From an uncultured Pelagibacteraceae bacterium (lineage in GTDB: Bacteria > Pseudomonadota > Alphaproteobacteria > Pelagibacterales > Pelagibacteraceae): 64,000 nt of DNA. Under the pieces are notes generated by a model that was not told the DNA's origin, did not search any database, and worked only from the letters and a program-made list of their open reading frames with translations. Made by a program: the position numbers and the translations under genes. The DNA is taken from NCBI GenBank assembly GCA_905612235.1, contig CAJQRF010000011.1:40835-104834 (forward strand). The letters are read 5' to 3'. Numbering within the stretch: position 1 is the first letter of the stretch; each line of letters begins with the position of its first letter. Shown in pieces: positions 1 to 10,184 of this stretch.

Positions 1-1205
1 AGGACAGGACCAAAAATTTCATCCTGAGCAATGGTCATATTTTCTTTTACGTTATCAAAAAGAGTTGGTTTTGCAAAAAAACCTTTTTGATTACTTTCTG
101 AAGTTCCTCCATGTAAAATAGAAGCCCCTTCATCAATGCCTTTTTGAATATAACCATCAACTTTGGCCAAATGTCCTTTTGATATCATAGAGCCCATATT
201 TGTATTTACATCTAAAGGGTTTCCAACTTTAATTTTTTTTACTTTTTTTAAAACTTTATCTAAAAATTCATCTTTAACTTTACTATGAATAATCTGACGC
301 ATATTAGCTGAACAGTTTTGCCCACCATTCCAAAAAGCTGAGTTAATAGCATTATCTATTAATGTGTCATTTATTTTTGCATCCTCTAGGACTAAAAAAG
401 GACTTTTTCCTCCCATTTCAAGACCAATAGATTTTAAATTACTTTCTCCAGAATATTTCATAAATAAACCACCAACTTCAGTCGATCCAGTAAACGAAAC
501 TGCGTCAACATCATTATGTCTTCCTAAAGCCTCGCCAGCATCACCAAAGCCAGGTATAACATTAAATACACCATCAGGAATTCCAGCTTCTTTTGATATT
601 TGTGCAATTCTAATTGCAGACAATGGAGTATCTTCAGCTGGTTTAATTATAACTGAACAGCCTGCTGCCAAAGCTGGAGCGAGTTTCCACACAGCCATCA
701 TTAATGGGAAATTCCATGGAACAACTCCCGCAACAACACCTATTGGTTCTTTTATAATTAAACTAGTTACTGATGGATCTGTTGGAGGAACTTTTCCAAA
801 AGTTTTGTCTATAAGTTCTGCATACCATTGAAAATGCATTGGTGTATCATTTGCTACTTCATTAATGCAATCAATAATTAATTTACCACTATCTACACAT
901 TCTAAGACTGCGTTCTCTTCACCATGATGAGTTAATAGTTCAGCAAATTTTAATAAAATATTTTTTCTATATTCTGGAGCAGTCTTTGACCAGACTCCAC
1001 TTTCAAAAGCTTTTCTTGAAGCACTTACTGCCAAATCCACATCTTGGTGATTACACCTAGCTACAGAACAAAGTACATCACCAGTTGCAGGATTTATACT
1101 TTCAAACTTTCTGCCATCAATAGCATCTACATATTTTCCATTAATAAATGCTCTTCCTTCAAATTTCAGTTTACTAGCAATAGATTTATAGTTTGTTGAG
1201 GTCAT
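1..1205 (-). CDS. NAD-dependent aldehyde dehydrogenase (PuuC-like), C-terminus runs off the window
   Basis: Not in ORF track; read manually from ATG at 1205 (MTSTNYKSIASKLKFEGRAFING...). Contains PWNFP, KPAEDTP, SFTGSTEVG, LEMGGKSP and the catalytic Cys in NGGQNCSA. Confidence 0.92.
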   Translation of the reverse strand, partial: MTSTNYKSIASKLKFEGRAFINGKYVDAIDGRKFESINPATGDVLCSVARCNHQDVDLAVSASRKAFESGVWSKTAPEYRKNILLKFAELLTHHGEENAVLECVDSGKLIIDCINEVANDTPMHFQWYAELIDKTFGKVPPTDPSVTSLIIKEPIGVVAGVVPWNFPLMMAVWKLAPALAAGCSVIIKPAEDTPLSAIRIAQISKEAGIPDGVFNVIPGFGDAGEALGRHNDVDAVSFTGSTEVGGLFMKYSGESNLKSIGLEMGGKSPFLVLEDAKINDTLIDNAINSAFWNGGQNCSANMRQIIHSKVKDEFLDKVLKKVKKIKVGNPLDVNTNMGSMISKGHLAKVDGYIQKGIDEGASILHGGTSESNQKGFFAKPTLFDNVKENMTIAQDEIFGPV

Positions 1206-1298
1206 ATTTTTAAAATCATAAGTTAATTGAAATAAATATTACAGTAAAGCTTCTTTAACAAACTTTAAAAAAGGTATAATAGAAGAGGTCTATAGACA

Positions 1299-2210
1299 AT
1301 GTTATCAAATAAAAAAATCATCTGCCCTATAAACTTGCTGGAAGTTGCTAAAAAATTTGGGATTATTAATGCTGCTATAGTTAATGCTGGAGAAATATTT
1401 CCTATGGAATCGGTGCATAAAGCAGTTGAGCATGGGTTAATCAATCCAATATTTATTGGAAACAAAAATGAAATTGAAAAATATGCCAAGAAATTAAATT
1501 GGGACATAAACAAATATGAAATTATCGACGAAAAAAATGAAAATGCTACAGCTCAGATAGCTGCAAAACTTGCAAGTGAAAATAAAGTAAAAGTTATAGT
1601 TAAAGGACATATACATACTGATGTGTTAATGAAAGCTGTTTTGAAAAGGGACTTAAATTTGATAGGCAAAAAGAGGTTAAGTCATGTATGGCATATGACA
1701 TTAAATTCTAATGACAAACCTTTTATAATCACTGATGGAGTGGTGAATGTGCTGCCTAAATTGGAAGTAAAAATGCATATACTAAAAAATGCTATAGATT
1801 TTGCCAAGAAGATTGGAATTTCTAGACCTAAAGTTGCCATTCTTTCAGCTACTGAAGAAGTAATAGAGAGTGTCCCTAGTTCAATTGACGCTGATATAAT
1901 TACAAAAAGAGTCAAGGATGAAAAAATTGATGCAGATGTTTTTGGTCCTCTAGCTTTTGACAATTCAGTATCAAAAAAATCTGCTTCCATTAAAAGAATT
2001 AAAAACTCTGTTTCAGGGGATGTTGATATAATGTTGGTTCCTAATATTGAGACAGGAAATGCGCTGGTTAAAATGATGATTTATTTTATGGGAGCTTGTG
2101 CTGCTGGGGTCGTATTAGGAGGAAAAGCTCCAGTTGTAATCACTAGCCGCTCAGATGAAGCTGAAGCAAGATTAGCCTCGATAGCTGCTTCAATAGTTGC
2201 ACTTGGTTAA
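1299..2210 (+). CDS. pta: phosphate acetyl/butyryltransferase
   Basis: VKGHIHT, GPLAFDN, PNIETGN and PVVITSRSD motifs of the PTA/PTB family; xsc is in the same window. Confidence 0.8.
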   Translation: MLSNKKIICPINLLEVAKKFGIINAAIVNAGEIFPMESVHKAVEHGLINPIFIGNKNEIEKYAKKLNWDINKYEIIDEKNENATAQIAAKLASENKVKVIVKGHIHTDVLMKAVLKRDLNLIGKKRLSHVWHMTLNSNDKPFIITDGVVNVLPKLEVKMHILKNAIDFAKKIGISRPKVAILSATEEVIESVPSSIDADIITKRVKDEKIDADVFGPLAFDNSVSKKSASIKRIKNSVSGDVDIMLVPNIETGNALVKMMIYFMGACAAGVVLGGKAPVVITSRSDEAEARLASIAASIVALG

Positions 2211-2239
2211 TGTAAAAAAGTAGTATTATTAATTAACTT

Positions 2240-4117
2240 ATGACATCATCTTTAGGAAATTTTTCTCTCTGGGTAACTTTGTTTTTTTCTATTTCCCAAT
2301 TTTTCTTTTCAAGAAAAAAAAATCAATTAAAATTTGTTACAATTAGTGCTAATGGATTGTTCATCGCATCATTTATATCTTTTTTTTTGTTGATGTACGC
2401 TCATGTAATTTCAGATTTTAGCTTAGTAAATGTTTTCCAAAACTCACATACTACAAAACCTTTAATCTATAAAATTTCTGGTGTCTGGGGAAATCACGAA
2501 GGTTCAATGTTATTATGGATACTTGTTTTGACCTTGTTTAACTTTTTTATATATAAGTTATATAATGATAAAAATTCCACTTTTATTTTTAAAACCTTGG
2601 AAATCCAATCACTTATCACAACAGGCTTTATAGTATTTACAATTTTTACGTCCAACCCATTTAAAAAAATGATTTCGGTTGCAGAAAATGGATTGGGCTT
2701 TAATCCTATATTACAAGACCCCGCTTTAGCTATTCACCCACCTCTTCTATATATTGGTTATGTTGGTTTCTCTGCTGCTTTTTCTATGAGTGTCGCTACT
2801 TTATCTTTAAATAAAAATGAAAGTTTTTATTGGTATAATTATATGAAGCCCTTTGTGCTGGCGGCTTGGACTTTTCTTTCAATTGGCATAGCTCTAGGTT
2901 CTTTGTGGGCATACTATGAACTGGGCTGGGGTGGTTGGTGGTTTTGGGATCCAGTTGAGAACGCTTCTTTCATGCCTTGGTTATTAGGTACCGCATTGTT
3001 GCACTCGCTTATTATTGCTGACAAAAGAAGATCACTTCAAGCTTGGGTTTTGTTGCTAGCAATACTTACTTTTCTTTTAAGTGTAATAGGTACATTCCTT
3101 GTCAGATCTGGAATATTAACTAGTGTTCATACGTTTGCTTTAGATCCTTCAAGAGGAATATATATTCTAGTATTTACAGCTCTTTTGGGAGGATACTCTT
3201 TAATACTGTTTGCCTCTAAATCAAAAATATATTTTAGTAATAATTATTTCTCTTTTTTTAGCAAAGAGGGAGCAATACTAATTAATAACATTTTTATGGT
3301 CGTTATTTGCTCAACAGTTTTTTTAGGAACAATCTATCCATTGCTAATAGAAGCTCTCACAGACAACAAAATTTCTGTTGGAGAGCCTTATTACAATTCA
3401 ACAGTAGTTCCTATTATATTGCCAGCAATTCTGATCATGGGTGTGGGTCCGCTCTTATCTTGGGAAAAAGAAAATATTTCAAAAGTAATTAAAAAAATAT
3501 TACCTAGTGCTATTTTTACATTGATGCTTTCAGTATTATTTTTTTCTATATATAAAATCTATAGCCTTATTGCCATAGCAGGTGTTTCTTTAGCTTTTTG
3601 GATAATTACTAATAATTTAATTATTATTTATAAAAAAAGATTTAACTATTCGATTGGGATGATTATTTCACATTTAGGTGTTGGGTTATTAATATTAGGT
3701 GTAACAGGATCAAGTGTTTGGCAAATAGAAAAAATTTCAAAAATGAAAATTAATGATGAAATCAAAATTAATAATTATAATATAATATTCAAAAAAATCA
3801 GTGAAATTAAAGGACCTAACTATTTGGCATTAAAAGGAAGCTTTTTTGTCTACAATAGTAAAAAAAAACTTATCACAACACTAAATCCAGAAAACCGATT
3901 TTATCCAATAACAGGAAATTTTACGTCAGAAGCATCAATACATACTAATATATCAAGAGACCTATATATTGTTCTAGGCAAGGGAAACATAAATAATGGC
4001 TGGACAGTAAGAGTTTATTATAACCCTCTTGTTATTTGGATTTGGATTGGAGCTTTAATAATATTTTTAGGTGGAATTGCATCCACGGTTCAAAATATAA
4101 AAAAAATACCAAAATGA
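2240..4117 (+). CDS. ccmF: cytochrome c heme lyase CcmF
   Basis: WGGWWFWDPVENASF (WWD domain), HPPLLY and SVHTFA motifs. Confidence 0.97.
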   Translation: MTSSLGNFSLWVTLFFSISQFFFSRKKNQLKFVTISANGLFIASFISFFLLMYAHVISDFSLVNVFQNSHTTKPLIYKISGVWGNHEGSMLLWILVLTLFNFFIYKLYNDKNSTFIFKTLEIQSLITTGFIVFTIFTSNPFKKMISVAENGLGFNPILQDPALAIHPPLLYIGYVGFSAAFSMSVATLSLNKNESFYWYNYMKPFVLAAWTFLSIGIALGSLWAYYELGWGGWWFWDPVENASFMPWLLGTALLHSLIIADKRRSLQAWVLLLAILTFLLSVIGTFLVRSGILTSVHTFALDPSRGIYILVFTALLGGYSLILFASKSKIYFSNNYFSFFSKEGAILINNIFMVVICSTVFLGTIYPLLIEALTDNKISVGEPYYNSTVVPIILPAILIMGVGPLLSWEKENISKVIKKILPSAIFTLMLSVLFFSIYKIYSLIAIAGVSLAFWIITNNLIIIYKKRFNYSIGMIISHLGVGLLILGVTGSSVWQIEKISKMKINDEIKINNYNIIFKKISEIKGPNYLALKGSFFVYNSKKKLITTLNPENRFYPITGNFTSEASIHTNISRDLYIVLGKGNINNGWTVRVYYNPLVIWIWIGALIIFLGGIASTVQNIKKIPK

Positions 4118-4647
4118 AGAATCACTTATTAAAAATACCTTTTATATTTTTTTCAATTATTTTATTAATATTTTTTTATTTACTAATAATTGAAAGAAAT
4201 CCTACAGACATTCCTTCCGCTTTATTAAATAAAAAAGTTCAACAGTTTGAAACTAGCTCATTATTTAATAGTCAAAAATTTAATTCTTCACAAGAATTTG
4301 ATAACAATGTAGTGTTAGTAAATTTTTTTGCTTCTTGGTGCAAGCCCTGTAGAGACGAACATAAGTTTATTAAAAAAATTTCTGAAAAAAAAAATTTAAA
4401 AATAATAGGCATAAATTATAAAGATAATCCTAAAAAAGCAATTGAATGGCTTGAAAAATTAGGAAACCCATATTCAAATGTTGCGATAGATAGAAATGGA
4501 GAAATTGCAATAGATTGGGGTGTGTACGGAATACCTGAGACTTTTATAGTTGATGCCAAAGGTATTATTAAATTCCGTCACGTGGGACCTATTACAAAAA
4601 AAATATACAAGAAAATTAATTTATTAATTGATGAAGTAAAGCAATGA
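4114..4647 (+). CDS. ccmG: thiol:disulfide interchange protein CcmG/DsbE
   Basis: ASWCKPC CxxC and GVYGIPETF motifs; start moved to the ATG overlapping the ccmF stop (ATGA at 4114). Confidence 0.93.
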   Translation: MKNHLLKIPFIFFSIILLIFFYLLIIERNPTDIPSALLNKKVQQFETSSLFNSQKFNSSQEFDNNVVLVNFFASWCKPCRDEHKFIKKISEKKNLKIIGINYKDNPKKAIEWLEKLGNPYSNVAIDRNGEIAIDWGVYGIPETFIVDAKGIIKFRHVGPITKKIYKKINLLIDEVKQ

Positions 4648-5054
4648 TTAAAAATAAATTTTTTATAATATTTTCTTTTTTTTTATTCCAAACTTTCTTA
4701 ACTAATATCGGAGCTGTAGAGCCTGATGAAGTTTTGAAAAATAATGCACAAGAATTAAGAGCTCGGAATATTTCTAAAAATATAAGATGTATGGTTTGCC
4801 AAAATCAATCTATTGATGAATCAGAGGCCCCTCTTGCTAAAGATTTGCGCATTTTAATTAGAAATAAAATTAAAAGTGGAAAAGATGACAAGGAAATTTA
4901 TAATTTTTTAACAAGTAGGTATGGAGATTTTATTCTTTTGCAACCTGCTTTTAAATTAAATACTTTTGCTCTTTGGTTGCTTCCAGTGTTTTTTTTGTTA
5001 ATAGGTGTCTATGTAATTTTTAGACAAAATAAGCTATTTAAGAGAAAATCTTAA
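4644..5054 (+). CDS. ccmH: cytochrome c biogenesis protein CcmH
   Basis: RCMVCQNQSIDES and RYGDFIL motifs. Confidence 0.95.
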   Translation: MIKNKFFIIFSFFLFQTFLTNIGAVEPDEVLKNNAQELRARNISKNIRCMVCQNQSIDESEAPLAKDLRILIRNKIKSGKDDKEIYNFLTSRYGDFILLQPAFKLNTFALWLLPVFFLLIGVYVIFRQNKLFKRKS

Positions 5055-5059
5055 AATAT

Positions 5060-5770
5060 TTAATTATTTTTATTTTTTTTATTTACTTTAATTTTAATTA
5101 TTTCAACCTTGTATCTCATTAAAAAAATTATTAATGAGTATATTATCATTGCTGAAAGCATTATAACCAAAGGTACTAACATGGTGTTGTGTATTGTTGG
5201 GGCTGAAGTGAGAGTTATGCTAGATGGTTGATGAAGTGTATTCCACCAATCTACTGAATATTTTATAACTGGTAAATTAAATAATCCAATAATTCCAATT
5301 ACTGATGTTAATTTATTTGCCTCTTCAAAGTTTTTTACATAATTCCATAAAAAGATATAAGTAAGGTAAAAGAAAAACAAAACTAACATAGATGTTAATC
5401 TAGCATCCCAAACCCACCAGACGCCCCATGTTGGTTTTCCCCATAATGATCCTGTAATAATAGAAATCAATGCAAAAATACATCCAATTGGCGCAATGCT
5501 TTTTGCCATTAAAGAAACAAATTTTATTTTAAAAACTAAATTTAATATTGAGGCTATTCCAATAAATCCAAAAAAACCAAGTGATAAAATTGAAGCTGGC
5601 ACATGAACATACATTATTCTGACTGAGTCACCTTGAATGTAATCTGGGGGAGATAAAAATAATGCATATATTAATCCTATTATGATTATTAAAAGCATTA
5701 GAAATACTAAATTATTAATTAACTTATTATTTGATGAAAGAATTCTTTTGGGTAAAAAAAATTTAAGCAT
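5060..5770 (-). CDS. ccmC: heme exporter CcmC
   Basis: YVHVP, WGKPTWGVWWVWDARLTS and WWNTLHQ motifs. Confidence 0.96.
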   Translation of the reverse strand: MLKFFLPKRILSSNNKLINNLVFLMLLIIIIGLIYALFLSPPDYIQGDSVRIMYVHVPASILSLGFFGFIGIASILNLVFKIKFVSLMAKSIAPIGCIFALISIITGSLWGKPTWGVWWVWDARLTSMLVLFFFYLTYIFLWNYVKNFEEANKLTSVIGIIGLFNLPVIKYSVDWWNTLHQPSSITLTSAPTIHNTMLVPLVIMLSAMIIYSLIIFLMRYKVEIIKIKVNKKNKNN

Positions 5771-5818
5771 TTTTTAATATTACATTTATAGGTGTATTGT
5801 TAAATACATTTTTTAAAA

Positions 5819-6238
5819 TTATTTTTCTAGTGCTTCGCTAACTTCAGGTGGCATATAGTTTTCATCATGTTTTGCTAAAATTTTTTCTGCTATAAAGTAT
5901 TTTTTATCTTTTAATTTACCTTCGGCTATAACTCCTTTACCTTCTGAGAACAGATTAGGTAAAAGCCCATTATAATTTACAATTATCTCATTTTTTAAAT
6001 CAGTAATAATAAAATTTATCGACTCATCATTTTTAATAAATGAATTATCTTTAACAAGACCCCCTATTCTTATTTTTTTATTTAAAGAAATATTTTGTTT
6101 ATTTTTAATTTCCGTAGGAGAAAAAAAATAAACTAAATTTTCTTCTAAAGATCTAAATATAAAAGTAATGATGATGATTGAAATTATTACAAATGACACC
6201 AAGAATAACATTCTCGATTTTACTTTATTACCAAACAT
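5819..6238 (-). CDS. ccmE: heme chaperone CcmE
   Basis: [17 protein letters not shown] and [13 protein letters not shown] (heme-binding His). Confidence 0.95.
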   Translation of the reverse strand: MFGNKVKSRMLFLVSFVIISIIIITFIFRSLEENLVYFFSPTEIKNKQNISLNKKIRIGGLVKDNSFIKNDESINFIITDLKNEIIVNYNGLLPNLFSEGKGVIAEGKLKDKKYFIAEKILAKHDENYMPPEVSEALEK

Positions 6239-6264
6239 TTAATATTTTTAACTAATTAGATTTT

Positions 6265-6480
6265 TTAAAAAATTGGACTTTTGGATAAAGACTTTCTTAA
6301 ATCAAAGTCTTCAATTTTAACATCTTGATTTTGTTGGTATTCATTTAAATATAACTTCTCATATTTTTTAAATTTTTTATATGTTTTTGCGTATAAAACA
6401 AAACAACTAAAAAAAGTAAAAATAAACGCTGGCCAAACAAATTGACCATAACCATTTAAAAATAAAAATTCTAAGTCCAT
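6265..6480 (-). CDS. ccmD: heme exporter protein CcmD-like
   Basis: 71 aa with N-terminal GYGQFVWPAF plus a TM helix and a charged tail; directly upstream of ccmE. Confidence 0.7.
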   Translation of the reverse strand: MDLEFLFLNGYGQFVWPAFIFTFFSCFVLYAKTYKKFKKYEKLYLNEYQQNQDVKIEDFDLRKSLSKSPIF

Positions 6481-6637
6481 CTAAAATGACTATCCTAAAG
6501 ATTGTATAAAAATACAAGAGTTAAATTGTCCCTAAAACTCCATTAAATTACTTAGACATTTTGCCGTCTATGTAACTATTGAATTATAGCATATTTTAAT
6601 ACTTATAAATGTTGATAAAATTAATCACACTTAAAAT

Positions 6638-7822
6638 ATGAATTTTCAAAAAAAAAATACTAATTTTGACATTGTTATTGTAGGAGGTGGCCCTATAGGA
6701 ATAGCTTTCGCTTGCGGATTAGCAAATACTACAATTAAAATAGCTATTGTGGACAAGCTATCAAAATATGCAATATCAAATCCTAAAGTAGATGGAAGAG
6801 AAATTGCATTAACTCAACATTCATTAAAAATTTTAGAAAAACTAAATGTTTGGAATTACGTTCCTAAAAAATTAATATCTACGATTAAAGAAGCTCGTGT
6901 ATTAGATGGTAATTCCAAGTATTTTTTAAATTTTGCTCACAGCGAAATTAAAAAAGAATGTTTGGGTTATATTGTTCCAAATTATTTAATAAGAAAAAGT
7001 CTTTTTAAAAGGGTAAAAAATCTTAAAAATGTAACTTTAATAAATAATAGCGAATGCTTAGCAGTAAATATTTCTAAAAAGTACGCTACACTTAAAATGT
7101 CCAATAAAAAAAATATTAAAACTTCTTTAGTTGTCGCTGCTGACAGTCGTTTTTCTAAAATGCGTTCAAAAATGGGAATTGCTGCATTTACACGTAATTT
7201 TGATAAAAACATGATTGTTTGTAGAATGAGACACGGAAAATCTCATAAAAATATAGCTTATGAATTTTTTCGTTATAATCAAACACAAGCATCATTGCCA
7301 TATATTAAAAATCAATCTGGTATAGTAACAACAGCAACTAAAGATCTGACTGAAGTTTTAATGAAAATGAACAAAAAACAATTTAATAAAGAGATGGAAA
7401 ATAATTTTGATAGTTCTTTTGGAAAAATGGAACTTGTAGGCAAGCGCTACTCTTATCCTATGATCACAACTTATGCTAAAAAATTTATAGCACATCGGTT
7501 TGCTCTAATAGGTGATGCTGCTGTTGGAATGCATCCTGTAACTGCTCATGGATTTAATTTAGGTTTAAAAGGATTGGATATATTAAATACTGAAATTAAA
7601 AAAGCTTTAAAAAACAAAACTGATATTGGTATTATAGATGCTCTTAAAAATTACCAAACTAAGCTACATCGTGCTGCTGCACCTGTATACTTAGCAACCA
7701 ATGGAATAATTAATCTTTATACATCTAATATTTTGCCAGCCAAAATCACTAGGCAATTTATACTAAGATTTGTTAATATTGTAAAACCAATTAAACAAAC
7801 ATTTTTAAACATATTAAAATAA
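6638..7822 (+). CDS. ubiM: UbiH/UbiM-family FAD-dependent ubiquinone hydroxylase
   Basis: GGGPIG, DGREIAL, AADSRFS and GDAAVGMHPVTAHGFNLG (UbiM-type signature). Confidence 0.8.
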   Translation: MNFQKKNTNFDIVIVGGGPIGIAFACGLANTTIKIAIVDKLSKYAISNPKVDGREIALTQHSLKILEKLNVWNYVPKKLISTIKEARVLDGNSKYFLNFAHSEIKKECLGYIVPNYLIRKSLFKRVKNLKNVTLINNSECLAVNISKKYATLKMSNKKNIKTSLVVAADSRFSKMRSKMGIAAFTRNFDKNMIVCRMRHGKSHKNIAYEFFRYNQTQASLPYIKNQSGIVTTATKDLTEVLMKMNKKQFNKEMENNFDSSFGKMELVGKRYSYPMITTYAKKFIAHRFALIGDAAVGMHPVTAHGFNLGLKGLDILNTEIKKALKNKTDIGIIDALKNYQTKLHRAAAPVYLATNGIINLYTSNILPAKITRQFILRFVNIVKPIKQTFLNILK

Positions 7823-7825
7823 TAT

Positions 7826-8830
7826 TCAAATTAACAAAATAATTTTTGGGGCTGCACATGTCCCTTCGTGTATTCGTTTAAAGGCTGATGATCCATCTTT
7901 TAATTTTCTATATTCAATCCAATCAAGTTTTCCTATTTTATTTTCTGCTAAAATGATTAAAGTTTTTTCAAAATCTTTATTTGTATAGCAATAAGTTCCA
8001 ATAAATGTAACTTCCTGGAGCGTTGCTTTTCTAAAATCAAAGCTTCCACTAGGTTGAGTAAGACCAATGTGAATAATGACCCCACCTGGTTTTATTGATT
8101 GCATGGCTTGTTTTCTAGTAACCTCCATACCAACTGTGTCAAAAACTAAATCAAAATGATCATTGACTACACTCTTGCTTTCTGGTTTTGCAGGTATTGC
8201 ATCTAAATATTTAGAGCATTCTGCTAATCTTTTTTCGTTCGGCTCGACAATTACTATTTCTTTACAATTTTTTACTTTAGATAAAATTAACCCACTGAGC
8301 AATCCAATTGCTCCACCTCCTATAACTAAAACTTTTGCATTTTTTAATGACTTTGAAAGTTCCTTTTCACCAAGTTCAACTGCGTGTAATGCTACTGCTG
8401 TAGGTTCTGCTATAGGCGCTTCTTTTATTTCTAAATTTTTTGGTAATTCGTATATATTTTTATCTGGAATAGAAACATATTCGGCAAAACCACCTTGTCT
8501 TTCGATGGGTCGATTCATGCCTAAAATAATTCTTTTTTCACATAAATGTTCTCTGCCGCTTGAGCAGTACTCGCATGCACCACAGGTAATTAAAGGATTT
8601 AGAATAACTTTTTTACCAGAAAATTTACCCTTGTCTATTGTGCCACTTATTTCATGCCCCAATATCAATGGTGGAATTCTTCTGTTATCTTTTCCATGAT
8701 AAGCATGCATATCTGAACCACAGATACCTGAGGCAAAAACTTTTACTATACTTTCTTTGTTTATAATTTTAGGATTTTTTTCTTCTCTGTAAATTAATTC
8801 TTGTGTGCCAGTATAAACAAGAGCTTGCAT
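7826..8830 (-). CDS. hpsP: Zn-dependent alcohol dehydrogenase, probable DHPS dehydrogenase HpsP
   Basis: GICGSD, GHE and structural Zn Cys (CGACEYC...C); directly downstream of hpsN. Confidence 0.7.
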   Translation of the reverse strand: MQALVYTGTQELIYREEKNPKIINKESIVKVFASGICGSDMHAYHGKDNRRIPPLILGHEISGTIDKGKFSGKKVILNPLITCGACEYCSSGREHLCEKRIILGMNRPIERQGGFAEYVSIPDKNIYELPKNLEIKEAPIAEPTAVALHAVELGEKELSKSLKNAKVLVIGGGAIGLLSGLILSKVKNCKEIVIVEPNEKRLAECSKYLDAIPAKPESKSVVNDHFDLVFDTVGMEVTRKQAMQSIKPGGVIIHIGLTQPSGSFDFRKATLQEVTFIGTYCYTNKDFEKTLIILAENKIGKLDWIEYRKLKDGSSAFKRIHEGTCAAPKIILLI

Positions 8831-8832
8831 AA

Positions 8833-10119
8833 TTATTTTGAATGACCGTACTTTTTCAATCTTATGTCAGCTGTTCTTGCGTGAGCTTCCATTCCTTCAG
8901 CTCTTGCTAGTCTTGCCGCTGTAGCTCCTACCACTTTATTAGCATCCCTGCTCATTCTTTGGAATGTTAATGTTTTAATAAATTTCCCAACAAATAAGCC
9001 TCCTGTATATCTTCCTCCACCTTTTGTAGGCAAGATATGATTTGTACCAGAGCACTTATCTCCATATGCTACTGTTGTTTCTTCTCCTAAAAATAGCGAT
9101 CCATAATTTCTTAATCTCTTGAGCCACCAATCAAGATTTTCCGCATGAACTTCCAAATGTTCAGATGCATATTTGTCACTTACTATAGCCATCTCTTCGT
9201 TTGAATCACAAAGCACTACTTCACCATAATCTTTCCAAGCTGCTTCAGCGCTTATTCTTGGGAGTTCCGGTAATTCTTTTATTAATTCAGGAATTCGTTT
9301 TATTACGTAGTCAGCAACAGATTTATCTGTTGTAAATAACCAGCCGGGAGAATTGTAACCATGTTCTGCTTGGCCCACTATATCAACCGCCACTATTTCT
9401 TTGTCAGCAGACTTGTCGGCTATAATTGCAATTTCTGTTGGGCCAGCAAACTGATCTATTCCAACTTTTCCATAAACTATTCTTTTAGCTTCAGCTACAT
9501 ATTGATTACCTGCGCCAACTAAAAAATCGACTGGTGGGTTATTAAAACATCCATATGTCATTGAAGCTATTGCGGCTATGCCACCCAAATTTAAAATGAC
9601 ATCCGCACCGCAAAGATTGGCAGCGTAGATAATTCCAGCGTTAGCGCCATTTACATCTTTTGGAGGGCTTGCACAAATTATAGTTTTAACACCCGCAACC
9701 TTAGCTGGAGTAATTGCCATTACTGCTGAAGAAATATGAGCATAACGACCACCTGGGATATAACAGCCAGCTGTATCAACGGGTATAAGTCTTTGCCCTG
9801 CATATAAACCATCTGAAAGCTCAACCTCAAAATTATTATTCATGCTTTTAAGCTGATGTTCAGCAAATTTTCTTACTCTCTCGTGAGCAAACTGCACGTC
9901 ATCTTTTGTTTTTTGACTTACTTTTTTTGAAGCTTCTTCAATTTTTTCTTTAGAAACTATTACCTCACCTTCATAATTATCAAATTTTTTTGTTACTTCT
10001 TTAATGGCTTCTTCTCTTCTTTTTTCAATATCATTAAGAATATTTTGAACTATTTCCCTTGTTTTGTTATCATCTGTGGATGGATTTTTAATTGCTTTTT
10101 TTAAATATTTTATAGCCAT
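8833..10119 (-). CDS. hpsN: sulfopropanediol 3-dehydrogenase HpsN (histidinol dehydrogenase paralog)
   Basis: HisD fold with GPTE, GQAEHG and YGDKCSGTNHILPT variants typical of the HpsN branch; sulfonate gene context. Confidence 0.82.
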   Translation of the reverse strand: MAIKYLKKAIKNPSTDDNKTREIVQNILNDIEKRREEAIKEVTKKFDNYEGEVIVSKEKIEEASKKVSQKTKDDVQFAHERVRKFAEHQLKSMNNNFEVELSDGLYAGQRLIPVDTAGCYIPGGRYAHISSAVMAITPAKVAGVKTIICASPPKDVNGANAGIIYAANLCGADVILNLGGIAAIASMTYGCFNNPPVDFLVGAGNQYVAEAKRIVYGKVGIDQFAGPTEIAIIADKSADKEIVAVDIVGQAEHGYNSPGWLFTTDKSVADYVIKRIPELIKELPELPRISAEAAWKDYGEVVLCDSNEEMAIVSDKYASEHLEVHAENLDWWLKRLRNYGSLFLGEETTVAYGDKCSGTNHILPTKGGGRYTGGLFVGKFIKTLTFQRMSRDANKVVGATAARLARAEGMEAHARTADIRLKKYGHSK

Positions 10120-10184
10120 AATTCACCTCTAAATATGATTTGTTATGAAATTTTTTTTATTTTAATATATAAATATTTTATTCT

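Noticed and set aside
364..831. 155-aa plus-strand ORF, and similar track ORFs (e.g. 1682-1990, 8163-8699, 39677-39970, 47717-48028, 52610-52885)
   Set aside because: Shadows of well-supported overlapping genes; no motifs of their own.
8833..10119. Calling this housekeeping hisD
   Set aside because: GPTE/GQAEHG variants and the adjacent Zn-ADH and sulfonate genes fit HpsN better.
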